Assembly: GCA_040757555.1 (NCBI GenBank)
Contig: JBFLWN010000002.1
Coordinates: 19,116-83,115 of the forward strand
Direction of reading: 5' to 3'
DNA from: Patescibacteria group bacterium
GTDB taxonomy: Bacteria > Patescibacteriota > Minisyncoccia > UBA6257 > GWB1-50-10
DNA: 64,000 bases
The position numbers and the translations under genes were made by a program. Below, piece by piece: positions 31,404 to 40,363 of this stretch (positions within the stretch are counted from its first letter, which is position 1; every line of letters begins with the position of its first letter). A model generated the notes under the pieces. It saw only the letters and a list, made by a program, of their open reading frames with translations, searched no databases and was not told the origin of the DNA.

Positions 31404-32351
31404 TTATTTTGTGGGAACAATTGGAGGATACAGATCTTTATCAATAGATCTCGAGAAACATTCTTCTCCGATTTTATGTTCCCAATTTCCACCCCATCCT
31501 CCATATAGGGCACGAGGAGCAGTTGCATCATTTATTGCACTATCGGTTTCAAATGTAGCGCACAATACAAATGCCTCAGGCCCATTCACCATGTATGCAT
31601 ATGCTTTTTTTGTACTCGGATCGGTCGGGGCGCTGAATCCCTTTATCGAGTCGTTCAATGCGCTGAGACTTTCGGGAAGGGTATGTTTTCTTTGCCAATA
31701 ATTTACAATTTCCGATTGCAACATCTGTAAATCGGATATTCGCTGCTCATCAAAACGTCGCGCACGCTCTGTTTTTGGAGAACCCGCAATGAAAAAGCCC
31801 ACAATAATCGCTATTCCCGCAATCGCCGAAACAATATATATGAATGTTTTTACCTTCTTTGTGAATTCCTTATTTTTTAACTCCCAAAGATAATATCCAA
31901 ATATTGATCCTGCCACAAAGAAAATGGTGAGCACCTTAAGAAGAAAACGGATGGTCAACTCCCCGCGCATAAAATTTAAAAGGAGCGCAACAAGATCGCC
32001 AAGAATAATAAGTGCGGTCACAAAAAGAGTAAAATATAAAAGCCATTTTCTGATACGTAATTCCTTCTTTTCCGGAGACGCGAGATATTCCTTATTTAAA
32101 AACATACTCGTGGCGATATGTGTCGGAAAGAATACCACAAGCATCGCAATCGCCCATCGCATTGCCTCAAACGATGCGGAAGAAGAATAATATCCGGCAA
32201 GTATATCGGGAAACCAATAATTAATACACTGAAACACAAGTGTCGAAAAACTGATCGCACTTGCGTAGAGCGTCACAATCGACAATAAATGGAGGAAAAA
32301 ATCCTTTGGTGATGTTTCCGGTTTTTTTGTTATTTGTGTTGTTTGTTCCAT
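31404..32351 (-). CDS. hypothetical polytopic membrane protein
   Basis: 6 or more TM helices; start trimmed to avoid overlap with the SOD gene. Confidence 0.45.
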   Translation of the reverse strand: MEQTTQITKKPETSPKDFFLHLLSIVTLYASAISFSTLVFQCINYWFPDILAGYYSSSASFEAMRWAIAMLVVFFPTHIATSMFLNKEYLASPEKKELRIRKWLLYFTLFVTALIILGDLVALLLNFMRGELTIRFLLKVLTIFFVAGSIFGYYLWELKNKEFTKKVKTFIYIVSAIAGIAIIVGFFIAGSPKTERARRFDEQRISDLQMLQSEIVNYWQRKHTLPESLSALNDSIKGFSAPTDPSTKKAYAYMVNGPEAFVLCATFETDSAINDATAPRALYGGWGGNWEHKIGEECFSRSIDKDLYPPIVPTK

Positions 32352-32355
32352 ATTT

Positions 32356-32958
32356 TTATTGATATTTATCAACCCCATATTTTTCGACTAGAGTATTCAC
32401 AAAGTCCCAGTTGAGTGTTGTAAAGAATGATTCAATATACGCTTTCTTGTTTGTTCCATGATCCATAAAGAATGCGTGCTCATACATATCCATTGCAAGA
32501 AGTGGTGTTGCATTCCACACCGCACCAACATTTTGCGAATCCATTCCGTAGTTATGTAACCCATGATCTTTCCAGTCATATGTGAGTATCGCCCATCCAC
32601 GTGCGGACATTCCCGTCGCAATAAAATCTTCTTTCCATGCATCATACGACCCGAAATCTTTTTGAATCATTTCGAGTATTTTTCCTTTCGCTACCCCATC
32701 CCCGCCAAGAAGTGGAAAATATGCCTCGTGAAGTTTCATTCCATTCACCGCAAATGTCTCCTCGCGCTTTAATTCGCCGATATAACTATAGACCGCATTC
32801 GCTTCCGATTTATCGGCCTCTTGAATCTTCTTTTGAATTTCATTCACCTTCTTTACATATCCCTCATAGAGCTTCTGATGCTCTTGAACCGACTTTAAAC
32901 TGATTCCGGAAAGATCCTTATCTAATTTCAAAGGATCGGCAATAAAATCTTTTAACAT
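32356..32958 (-). CDS. Fe/Mn superoxide dismutase
   Basis: DMYEHAFF (compare DMWEHAYY); N-terminal His pattern. Confidence 0.85.
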   Translation of the reverse strand: MLKDFIADPLKLDKDLSGISLKSVQEHQKLYEGYVKKVNEIQKKIQEADKSEANAVYSYIGELKREETFAVNGMKLHEAYFPLLGGDGVAKGKILEMIQKDFGSYDAWKEDFIATGMSARGWAILTYDWKDHGLHNYGMDSQNVGAVWNATPLLAMDMYEHAFFMDHGTNKKAYIESFFTTLNWDFVNTLVEKYGVDKYQ

Positions 32959-33073
32959 AAAAATAATAAATAACTAACGACATATTTATCATACATCAAT
33001 TTACCATACATGGAAAAACCCCATAATTTTATGGGGTTTTTCTTTACTATTAGTTGCGAGTTACTGATTGCTC

Positions 33074-33487
33074 TTATTCCGTCGTCTTTCCGTCAAAGTG
33101 ATCTCCCTCATCAGCTACTGCATCGGCTTTTGTCACATGAATCGTTCCGTCCTTATGTTCCGGTGGTGAATATAATGTGTAAAGCTTCATCGGTCCGACT
33201 CCTTTGTTTATCACATTATGTTTCGTTCCTGCAGGAACAATAATCGCAAATTCGCTTTCAATGGCTGTTTCAACCCCATCCAAAATTGCCACACCACTTC
33301 CCTCCTCGACTCGAAGAAATTGATCAAGCGTATGTGTTTCTTCGCCAATTTCTTCTCCTGGATTTAAATGCATCACGACTAATTGCGTATTTTTCGCGGT
33401 ATACAACACCTTTCGGAAATTTGTATTTTCCTTTGTCTCCTTCTCTATATTGTTTATGTATCCTTTCATATCTATATTATACACCAT
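33074..33487 (-). CDS. cupin-domain protein
   Basis: G(x)5HxH..E-type cupin motifs: HLNPGEEIGEETH, PAGTKHNV. Confidence 0.7.
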   Translation of the reverse strand: MVYNIDMKGYINNIEKETKENTNFRKVLYTAKNTQLVVMHLNPGEEIGEETHTLDQFLRVEEGSGVAILDGVETAIESEFAIIVPAGTKHNVINKGVGPMKLYTLYSPPEHKDGTIHVTKADAVADEGDHFDGKTTE

Positions 33488-33506
33488 CCAACATCACCCC
33501 ACATAC

Positions 33507-33540
33507 TATTCTCCTATTCGCGCGAATAGGAGAATAGTAT
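33507..33540. promoter_or_regulatory. perfect 34-bp palindrome (actattctcctattcg|cgaataggagaatagt), candidate operator
   Basis: 16+16 perfect inverted repeat, no U-tail, placed between divergent genes and next to a TTGACA-like box. Confidence 0.4.
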
Positions 33541-33617
33541 AACCTTCATTATCATGTTGACAAAATAACAAAAAATATTATATTCCAAAATAGCACATAA
33601 CAATTTGGAGTATAAAA

Positions 33618-33917
33618 ATGGCAAGCTGTGAAGCATGTATAATCGAAATCAAAAGCGAAAATGAGGAAATCGACAAAACAGTCAGATGGTACCCACGACG
33701 ACACCTCGTTCTTATTTCTGAACAAATAATGATTGAAAAATATCGAGGACGGATATATACCCGACCATTTCTCTTAAAAGAGATTGGCGAATTTAAAGAA
33801 ATGAAAAGAGTAAAAGTCACCGAAAAATTCGCTTATGCAATGATAGATGCATTTACAAAAAATGAATTAATTCAAATGCATGCGGACGAATTCGATAAAG
33901 TAGTAGGAATTGAATAA
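33618..33917 (+). CDS. hypothetical protein
   Basis: ORF only. Confidence 0.4.
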   Translation: MASCEACIIEIKSENEEIDKTVRWYPRRHLVLISEQIMIEKYRGRIYTRPFLLKEIGEFKEMKRVKVTEKFAYAMIDAFTKNELIQMHADEFDKVVGIE

Positions 33918-33923
33918 TAAAAT

Positions 33924-33950
33924 ACCCCATACATATGGGGTATTTTTATT
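33924..33950. terminator. bidirectional terminator (ataccccat..atggggtattttt)
   Basis: Hairpin between convergent genes. Confidence 0.55.
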
Positions 33951-33953
33951 TTA

Positions 33954-35057
33954 TTAAAATTCAATCAATAGAATTTCCGCGTTCGTTCCAACGCGCAACG
34001 GAGGCCCCCACGTTCCCACTCCATCGGAAGTATATATCATCATGTTTCCAAAGGGTTTCAATCCATAATCATATCCTTTATAAACAAGTTTTGTAATAAA
34101 ACTGAGTGGCCACATTTGAGCACGATGGGTGTGTCCAGAAAGCTGTATGTTTATTCCCGCTTTTTCCGCAATATCCAAGTCAAACGGCACGTGTTTTAAT
34201 AGTATATTTGGCTTACTTTTATCAACTAAACTTCTTAATATCTCTTCAAATTTTTTGCGATCCGATGAATCTTTATAATCAACACCAATAATAGAAACTC
34301 CCTGAATTTCTTTTTTCTCATTATTTAAAGTTGTTATTCCCACATTCCGCACTTCAGTTAAATATTTTTCGTTATTAGAGAACTCTTCGTGATTTCCTGT
34401 AATAAAATAAGTACCCCACGGTGCATTTAATTTTGAAAATGGCTCTGTTACATTTTTTATATCCACTTCTTCCCCATCATATAAATCACCCCCAATAAAT
34501 ATAATATCGGGACGTAACTCATTCACTTTCTCCACAATTTTTTCGGAAAACGCCCTTCCATGAATCTGCCCAAGATGAACGTCGCTGATCCACACCACTT
34601 TTTTTCCCTGCCACGCAAACGGCATATTCGGCACATGAATTTTTGATGAATTCACCACAAGTATCTCGGCGTGCACCAATCCATATACCCCAGCGATAAT
34701 TGCCAGTGAAAAAAGTATCTTTCCCAATAATGCCGAACTAAGCATCCCTAATGGAAAATTTATCAATGCAACGGCAAGCCAATATACGCACACCGCAAAA
34801 AATAAATAAAGAACAAATCCAAGCCACACGGATGAGCCTGTATAAAACATACGAGTGAATGCGTTGTAATATCGTGAAGCAATAATCGAAGCAACAATAA
34901 AACTTACTGAAAAAATACCTAGTACGATTTTCAATGTAAACAACGACGTTGGGTTACTTATCAAAAAAACCGACTCAATTGTCTTATAAATCAAAAAATG
35001 GACACAAAAAAGAATAATCTGAATTATCAATAAAACAAAAATAAATATTGAAGGCAT
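33954..35057 (-). CDS. membrane-anchored metallophosphoesterase (calcineurin-like)
   Basis: ISDVHLG; GGDLYDG; GNHE; N-terminal TM helices. Confidence 0.8.
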   Translation of the reverse strand: MPSIFIFVLLIIQIILFCVHFLIYKTIESVFLISNPTSLFTLKIVLGIFSVSFIVASIIASRYYNAFTRMFYTGSSVWLGFVLYLFFAVCVYWLAVALINFPLGMLSSALLGKILFSLAIIAGVYGLVHAEILVVNSSKIHVPNMPFAWQGKKVVWISDVHLGQIHGRAFSEKIVEKVNELRPDIIFIGGDLYDGEEVDIKNVTEPFSKLNAPWGTYFITGNHEEFSNNEKYLTEVRNVGITTLNNEKKEIQGVSIIGVDYKDSSDRKKFEEILRSLVDKSKPNILLKHVPFDLDIAEKAGINIQLSGHTHRAQMWPLSFITKLVYKGYDYGLKPFGNMMIYTSDGVGTWGPPLRVGTNAEILLIEF

Positions 35058-35131
35058 ATAAAGATTATAGCGAATAAACCAATCTTATACGACATAAAAA
35101 GCGAGCTCTTAGCTCGCTTTCTGTTAAACTC

Positions 35132-35560
35132 CTATTTCAAATCACCTATCAAATATGTCTGAAGTGCTTCCCACGCTTTTTCCGGATGTGGTGTTCCGTT
35201 CGCTCTTTTTTCAAACATCTCCGTCGAATCTTTTCCACATCCTTTCAAAATACCGGGACCCCCTGGATGTTTCGAGGTAAATGAACTTATATCAAACACC
35301 TTCCCTCGTGTCACTGTCCAACAATCTCCCTCAACCGCATGTGCACCCACATCGGTAAGCGTATAGGTTTTCACCTCCTCCGTTGCACTTGTTCCGCTTC
35401 GATCGGTGGGAGCCGATTGATTTACCGCCTCTATATTCTGAGATTCATAATCTCCCGACTGTTTCTTTGTATTCACAAACACCACCACCCCCACAAATAC
35501 TATTAGTACGATAGCAAAAATAATAATAATTTTTTTCATATATATAACTATACCATACAA
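35132..35560 (-). CDS. membrane-anchored cytochrome b5-like heme-binding protein
   Basis: HPGG motif with flanking His; N-terminal TM. Confidence 0.6.
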   Translation of the reverse strand: MYGIVIYMKKIIIIFAIVLIVFVGVVVFVNTKKQSGDYESQNIEAVNQSAPTDRSGTSATEEVKTYTLTDVGAHAVEGDCWTVTRGKVFDISSFTSKHPGGPGILKGCGKDSTEMFEKRANGTPHPEKAWEALQTYLIGDLK

Positions 35561-35583
35561 AACGGACTCTTCTTTTTAAAAAT

Positions 35584-36036
35584 CTATAATTTTTTTGATT
35601 TGAATGCTTCTTTTGTGGCAAAAGCGAAAAAAGTCAATATTTTATCAAATACCGATGGTTCGAAAAGACTCCTATTTTTATAGAGATAGATCAAAATTCC
35701 AAGTGGCAAAATGGAAATAATTGGATTTATAAAAATACCAATAATCACAATAAACCCGTAGAACCAAAGCGCCCATCTCTTTTTTCTTGCCATTCCATGT
35801 ACCGTGCCGAGCGACAAAAATCCAACTATAAATCGTAAAATATAAAATCCAAATCCTTCTGCGTTCGGTCTTACAACATCAGCAAATAAACTTCCGACAA
35901 TACTCAGTCCACCAATAAGGGTAAATAGTGCGATAAGCTTGATTGATGGTGGCAACCCTACAGACGGTAAATTGATATTTAATTCTTCTGCCAATTCTTC
36001 AACTTCCCCCTTTTCTTTCTCATCTTCTTTTTTCAT
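35584..36036 (-). CDS. hypothetical membrane protein
   Basis: 3 or 4 TM helices. Confidence 0.45.
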   Translation of the reverse strand: MKKEDEKEKGEVEELAEELNINLPSVGLPPSIKLIALFTLIGGLSIVGSLFADVVRPNAEGFGFYILRFIVGFLSLGTVHGMARKKRWALWFYGFIVIIGIFINPIISILPLGILIYLYKNRSLFEPSVFDKILTFFAFATKEAFKSKKL

Positions 36037-36155
36037 ATGAAATAATTATAACATTTACTTTTTCGTTTTTTTAAATTAGAATCAAATTATATCTATTACA
36101 GACCAAAAGCGGTAATAGTCGAACGCCGTTGTAGAAAATTGTGAAAAAAAATAAT

Positions 36156-36317
36156 ATGTATAAATGCGAAATGTGTGGGGCAGTTTCTGAAGTAGAAGCA
36201 AAATGCCCAAAATGTAACGTTGATATGAAAAAGGTTGAAGCGACTCCAGAAGCAGCGCCTGTAACACCACAACCAACAACGGAAGGTCAGGTAACTACCG
36301 AAGAGCCGAAAGCATAA
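36156..36317 (+). CDS. small zinc-ribbon protein (53 aa; CxxC..CxxC), below the ORF-track cutoff
   Basis: MYKCEMCGAVSEVEAKCPKCN; terminator hairpin at 36340-36368 on the same strand; competing minus-strand ORFs look spurious. Confidence 0.5.
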   Translation: MYKCEMCGAVSEVEAKCPKCNVDMKKVEATPEAAPVTPQPTTEGQVTTEEPKA

Positions 36318-36339
36318 TGGCACAGCTCTTTCTTGTGAA

Positions 36340-36368
36340 AAACTCGCATACTCTGCGAGTTTTTTACT
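36340..36368 (+). terminator. hairpin terminator (aactcgca..tgcgagtttttt)
   Basis: Inverted repeat plus T-run. Confidence 0.55.
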
Positions 36369-36440
36369 GAAATAATGAAATAAATCATTACTCCCAGATG
36401 TAGTATATAGTGTAAGGAAAAGGTCAAAATAATAAAAAAT

Positions 36441-36779
36441 ATGGAAGAAATTAAAAAAGAGCATACTGGATTATGCGAACACATGTGTCAAACCGGATGG
36501 TGTAAGAAAATGTGCTGTGGGGGGAAACACACTCTCCTTCGTTGGATATTCGGCATTATTATCCTCATTGCCGTTTTTTCGCTTGGAGTAAAAGTCGGTG
36601 AATTTAAAAGTATTATAGATGGATACAAAGGAAGTTTTGGATGGAATTCTCACCGCGGAAATCCGATGATGTTCTATGGATATGATGATGCGGGGCATGG
36701 GGACAACTTTGGTCCCAGAAGAATGATGCGCGGAATAAACCAAATTCCACAACAAAACGCTACGAGCACACAAAAATAG
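36441..36779 (+). CDS. small Cys-rich single-TM protein
   Basis: CEHMCQTGWCKKMCCGG followed by a TM helix. Confidence 0.45.
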   Translation: MEEIKKEHTGLCEHMCQTGWCKKMCCGGKHTLLRWIFGIIILIAVFSLGVKVGEFKSIIDGYKGSFGWNSHRGNPMMFYGYDDAGHGDNFGPRRMMRGINQIPQQNATSTQK

Positions 36780-36796
36780 TTTTTGGTTTTAGTTCA

Positions 36797-36826
36797 AAAT
36801 TCCCCGATATATATCGGGGAATTTTT
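36797..36826. terminator. perfect 30-bp palindromic terminator aaaattccccgatatatatcggggaatttt
   Basis: Directly visible; shares the TCCCCGATATA core with hairpins at 38667 and 61494. Confidence 0.6.
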
Positions 36827-36899
36827 ATACACGTTGACAAATATCAAGCTCATCGCCATACTGAAAAAAGTTTATTTCACATAGACGAGGAGTTGCGCC

Positions 36900-37073
36900 A
36901 TGGGAGTATCAATTTCTGATATTGGTTTTCTTGAAGAAAAAATAAAAGAACTTACCCTGAAGAAGAATGATCCACATAGAAGAAATCCAAAACGAATACG
37001 TTCGTTTCAAGATCAAATTATGGATCTTGTTCGACAAAAGGAAAATGTGATTGCTCTATTAAAAGGATATTAA
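36900..37073 (+). CDS. small hypothetical protein (57 aa)
   Basis: GAGGAG RBS; terminator aaaaccctgagattttcaggggttttt at 37077-37106. Confidence 0.45.
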   Translation: MGVSISDIGFLEEKIKELTLKKNDPHRRNPKRIRSFQDQIMDLVRQKENVIALLKGY

Positions 37074-37183
37074 AAAAAACCCTGAGATTTTCAGGGGTTT
37101 TTCATTTATAAAAAATTGACAATGAATGGGAGGAGCGCTATAAAAAATACAGCAAATGTCATCAATTAACAAATGGAGGAAAT

Positions 37184-37810
37184 ATGAAACGCGATGTATC
37201 TTTTCTGACAAAAGGAAGAAAAATACTTGTAAAAACAAGTAGATCCGCGAGTTTTACCAAAGGAGAAATAAAGGAATCGTACACTACATATTCACATAAA
37301 AAACAATGTGATGTTCTCATGGTCGTTCTCGAAAACGGGAAAAAGGTTGAATACAACGGAAAAAACATTATTCCCCTCCTTCCGGCACTCCCTAATCATT
37401 TTCCATTCAACAAACTTCTTCTCGAAGGAAAACTCTCCGCAAAAACAAGAGACTGGAAATGGAACTATGATGGATTTGTATTACTCTACACCTCAAGCAG
37501 AACGAACAATGATGTAATCCGTGCTCATAACATCAATCCGGCAACGCATGAAAAATGCACGCTTGTTGGTATAGGAAAGTTATTGCCGGTAAGGGAAAAT
37601 ACAAAAATCGAGAAAAAACTGATCGAAAAACAATTCGGCAACGGAAAAAAAATCAATGTTTGCGCCGGTCAATTCCGATATGAATTTGAGTGGCTGGAAA
37701 AGTTTTCTCGTCCAATAGAATGGATTCCACCAAAGGGTGCAGTATCGGTTTTTTATGTTCCTGCAAATGCAATAAGCAATGAACTGCATAACGTTTTAGA
37801 ATTTAATTAA
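37184..37810 (+). CDS. hypothetical protein
   Basis: GGAGG RBS; terminator at 37813-37845. Confidence 0.5.
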   Translation: MKRDVSFLTKGRKILVKTSRSASFTKGEIKESYTTYSHKKQCDVLMVVLENGKKVEYNGKNIIPLLPALPNHFPFNKLLLEGKLSAKTRDWKWNYDGFVLLYTSSRTNNDVIRAHNINPATHEKCTLVGIGKLLPVRENTKIEKKLIEKQFGNGKKINVCAGQFRYEFEWLEKFSRPIEWIPPKGAVSVFYVPANAISNELHNVLEFN

Positions 37811-37859
37811 CAAAAAAATAGCTGGAATCTTCCAGCTATTTTTACTTGATGATGTGCCA

Positions 37860-38585
37860 TTATTTTTCCCGTCCACGATCTCGAGTGGGATTCGATTTCT
37901 TCGGATTTTCTTTTGAGGATTTTTCTCGAGTTGGATTGTTTTGTGGAATAACACGAGTTGGCTCCTTACGCTGTCTATCAGTATTTTGATCTTTTCTTGG
38001 AGGAACTACCTGTGGCGGTGGATCTTTTTTTATTTCATCGCGACTACGTACTCGACTCCCATCAGTCCTTCCGCGTGGAGGGTTTTTTTCGGAATCCTTG
38101 GGTTTTACATTAGATGGATTCTGTTCTTTGCGTCTATCGCGTTCGTTAAATCCTCTCTCCCCGGTATTATCCCTAATTCTCGATGGAATAAACCAATTAT
38201 TATCAAATCGGCGATATGTTCGTAAACCGCCCGGATTGAAGGGTGGAGGAATATAGTAGCGATAGGGATAACTGTACCAATGATTCCAAATTCCAAATTT
38301 ATACCCATCCCAATAGGACCCGAACCAAAGATTGTCCCAAGGACTATACCAATATACGCTGCGATACCAATAAGGATAGCGATACCCAAAGTGCCAATTG
38401 GATTGAAACTGGAAATCATCATATTGATTACCAGAATCCTGAATCGATAGTCCATCTGATGAATCGGGAATGACCGATTCATATGTGCGTTCTCTTTCTT
38501 GAATTTTGAAAGAAGTGTAACACCCACTCAAGATAAAAAGAGAAGAAAAAAGAAATAAAACGAAGCTGAAATAAAGCCTTTTCAT
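37860..38585 (-). CDS. lipoprotein with a Trp/Tyr-rich domain and a basic Pro/Arg/Lys-rich low-complexity tail
   Basis: Lipobox LSGC; YRYPYWYRSVYWYSPWDNLWFGSYWDGYKFGIWNHWYSYPYRYY. Confidence 0.5.
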   Translation of the reverse strand: MKRLYFSFVLFLFSSLFILSGCYTSFKIQERERTYESVIPDSSDGLSIQDSGNQYDDFQFQSNWHFGYRYPYWYRSVYWYSPWDNLWFGSYWDGYKFGIWNHWYSYPYRYYIPPPFNPGGLRTYRRFDNNWFIPSRIRDNTGERGFNERDRRKEQNPSNVKPKDSEKNPPRGRTDGSRVRSRDEIKKDPPPQVVPPRKDQNTDRQRKEPTRVIPQNNPTREKSSKENPKKSNPTRDRGREK

Positions 38586-38666
38586 AACTTACCTCCTTTA
38601 TTAAATTTTAAATATTTATATCCTGTTTTAAGTGTATCAAATTATTATGTTAACTATAAATAAAAA

Positions 38667-38692
38667 AATTCCCCGATATACATCGAGGAATT
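38667..38692. terminator. hairpin aattccccgatatacatcgaggaatt (one mismatch)
   Basis: Shares the TCCCCGATATA core. Confidence 0.45.
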
Positions 38693-38705
38693 TTATTTAT
38701 AAATA

Positions 38706-39254
38706 TTAACGTTGGCGACGAACAATGAAACACATCGCGACGTTGTACGCGATGGTTTCCCACGCCACTACTGTTCCGACAAATGTCCAATCGGAACCAA
38801 GAATGGTGAATAAAGCGGCAAGAGCGGTGAAAAACCAGACAGGAAACGTGTCCCGAACTGGCACGCGAATCATATCGAGCATGATCGGAATTCCGCTCAT
38901 AAAAATTGCAGCAGCTCCAGCGATAACCCCCGATGAAGGACCGAGCCAAATCCAAATAAAAACAGCAATTCCCGTTGATATGGCGGATAATGTTTCCTTA
39001 TAGGACCACATCCACGACCCGCTCTTTAGTGTCATGAGAACCACAAATCCCGCACCGAGTGACCATCCCAACGGAAGACCAATTGGTTTTCCGGAAAGAT
39101 AAGTTACAATCAACACTGTTGTATCGATAATCCACCATAAAATCCATGATGCCGGATTTGGCGGTTCATTTTTACCAGAACGGATTCGCCATGCATACCA
39201 GAATAATATTCCGGCACTTGTGATACCCGCGAGATTTCGGAATAACTCTTGCAT
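38706..39254 (-). CDS. hypothetical polytopic membrane protein
   Basis: 5 or 6 TM helices. Confidence 0.5.
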   Translation of the reverse strand: MQELFRNLAGITSAGILFWYAWRIRSGKNEPPNPASWILWWIIDTTVLIVTYLSGKPIGLPLGWSLGAGFVVLMTLKSGSWMWSYKETLSAISTGIAVFIWIWLGPSSGVIAGAAAIFMSGIPIMLDMIRVPVRDTFPVWFFTALAALFTILGSDWTFVGTVVAWETIAYNVAMCFIVRRQR

Positions 39255-39424
39255 CTAATACCTCCACTATTAATTTTCTGGTCATAATTATAGCACACGA
39301 ATGTATAATTGTCAATAACTCCCATGATCCTACACCACTCCGAAAAAAGACTAATAGGACAAAGATTGTGGATCTTTGCCAATATTTTTTATCTTTTTCC
39401 AAACACCCGAATTTCTTCCAAGCT

Positions 39425-40348
39425 CTAAGTATTGTTATCGCTTAAATCCTTTATTTTCTTCTCCAGTTCCATTATTTCATTTTTGAGTTCTATCATCTTC
39501 AATTCTCTTCCCACTAAAAGCTGCGTTAATTTATCAAACTCGTCTATTTTGTCTTCGAGTTTCTTTTTTGAAATTTCCAAATTTTGTGTTCTTTCCGCAA
39601 TTTTTTCTTCCATATTTCTTGTATATTCACTCAACTGCTCTCCCATCGCATTGAAAGATTTGGAAAGTTCCCCTATTTCATCTTTTTTTATTTTATTCTT
39701 AACACGAAATGAGTAATTCCCTCTTCTAATTTCAATCACGGCTGATTTTAAATTTAAAATCGGTTTAATAATCTGCCAACGTAAAAATACATAATTTAGG
39801 ATCAAAAAGAAAACAAGAAGAATACCGTAGTATGCAGATGATCTTATCGCAGACATCATAATATTTCTTTCTATTTTCTCAAGTGAAAAATTAATCTCAA
39901 CTGTACCCTCCAACTGCCCTGATATAAAGAGAGGAGAAATAACTGATAATATCTCTCCATTATTGGTCTGAATGGTTTTTGAAAGAGATTGTTTGTTGGT
40001 AAAAACATCGAGATTTGCCAAATCTCCCTTTCCCACCCTTTCTTGATTACTTGAAACAACAGTGTTTAATTTTCCATTTTCAAAAAGACTTAAGGAAATT
40101 TCATTAATGTCCCCATCGAGCCACATGGACTTGTAAATACTGTTAAGAAATCGCCTTTTGTCTTTAAAATCTTCCTTGCCTGCAATGCATGCTTGCAGCG
40201 AATAGCTCGTCGCATTGGCACGATCAACAAAAGAGTTCAATAATTCCTTCTTTTGGTTCTCAAAATTTAGGTATGACAGGGATAAAAAAAGAAAAGCAAA
40301 AAGAAAAAAAAGAAAAAGAGAAATTTTAAAACCGATACTTTTTTTCAT
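39425..40348 (-). CDS. HAMP-domain membrane protein with no output domain (sensor-like fragment)
   Basis: TM, periplasmic domain, TM, HAMP (IRRGNYSFRV..EIGELSKSFNAM), coiled coil. Confidence 0.55.
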   Translation of the reverse strand: MKKSIGFKISLFLFFLFAFLFLSLSYLNFENQKKELLNSFVDRANATSYSLQACIAGKEDFKDKRRFLNSIYKSMWLDGDINEISLSLFENGKLNTVVSSNQERVGKGDLANLDVFTNKQSLSKTIQTNNGEILSVISPLFISGQLEGTVEINFSLEKIERNIMMSAIRSSAYYGILLVFFLILNYVFLRWQIIKPILNLKSAVIEIRRGNYSFRVKNKIKKDEIGELSKSFNAMGEQLSEYTRNMEEKIAERTQNLEISKKKLEDKIDEFDKLTQLLVGRELKMIELKNEIMELEKKIKDLSDNNT

Positions 40349-40363
40349 ATAAAACTACTTAAA

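Noticed and set aside
36082-36484. Minus-strand ORFs of 65, 122 and 65 aa
   Set aside because: They overlap the plus-strand zinc-ribbon gene and its terminator, and have odd composition with no RBS. The plus-strand small gene with its terminator is more plausible.
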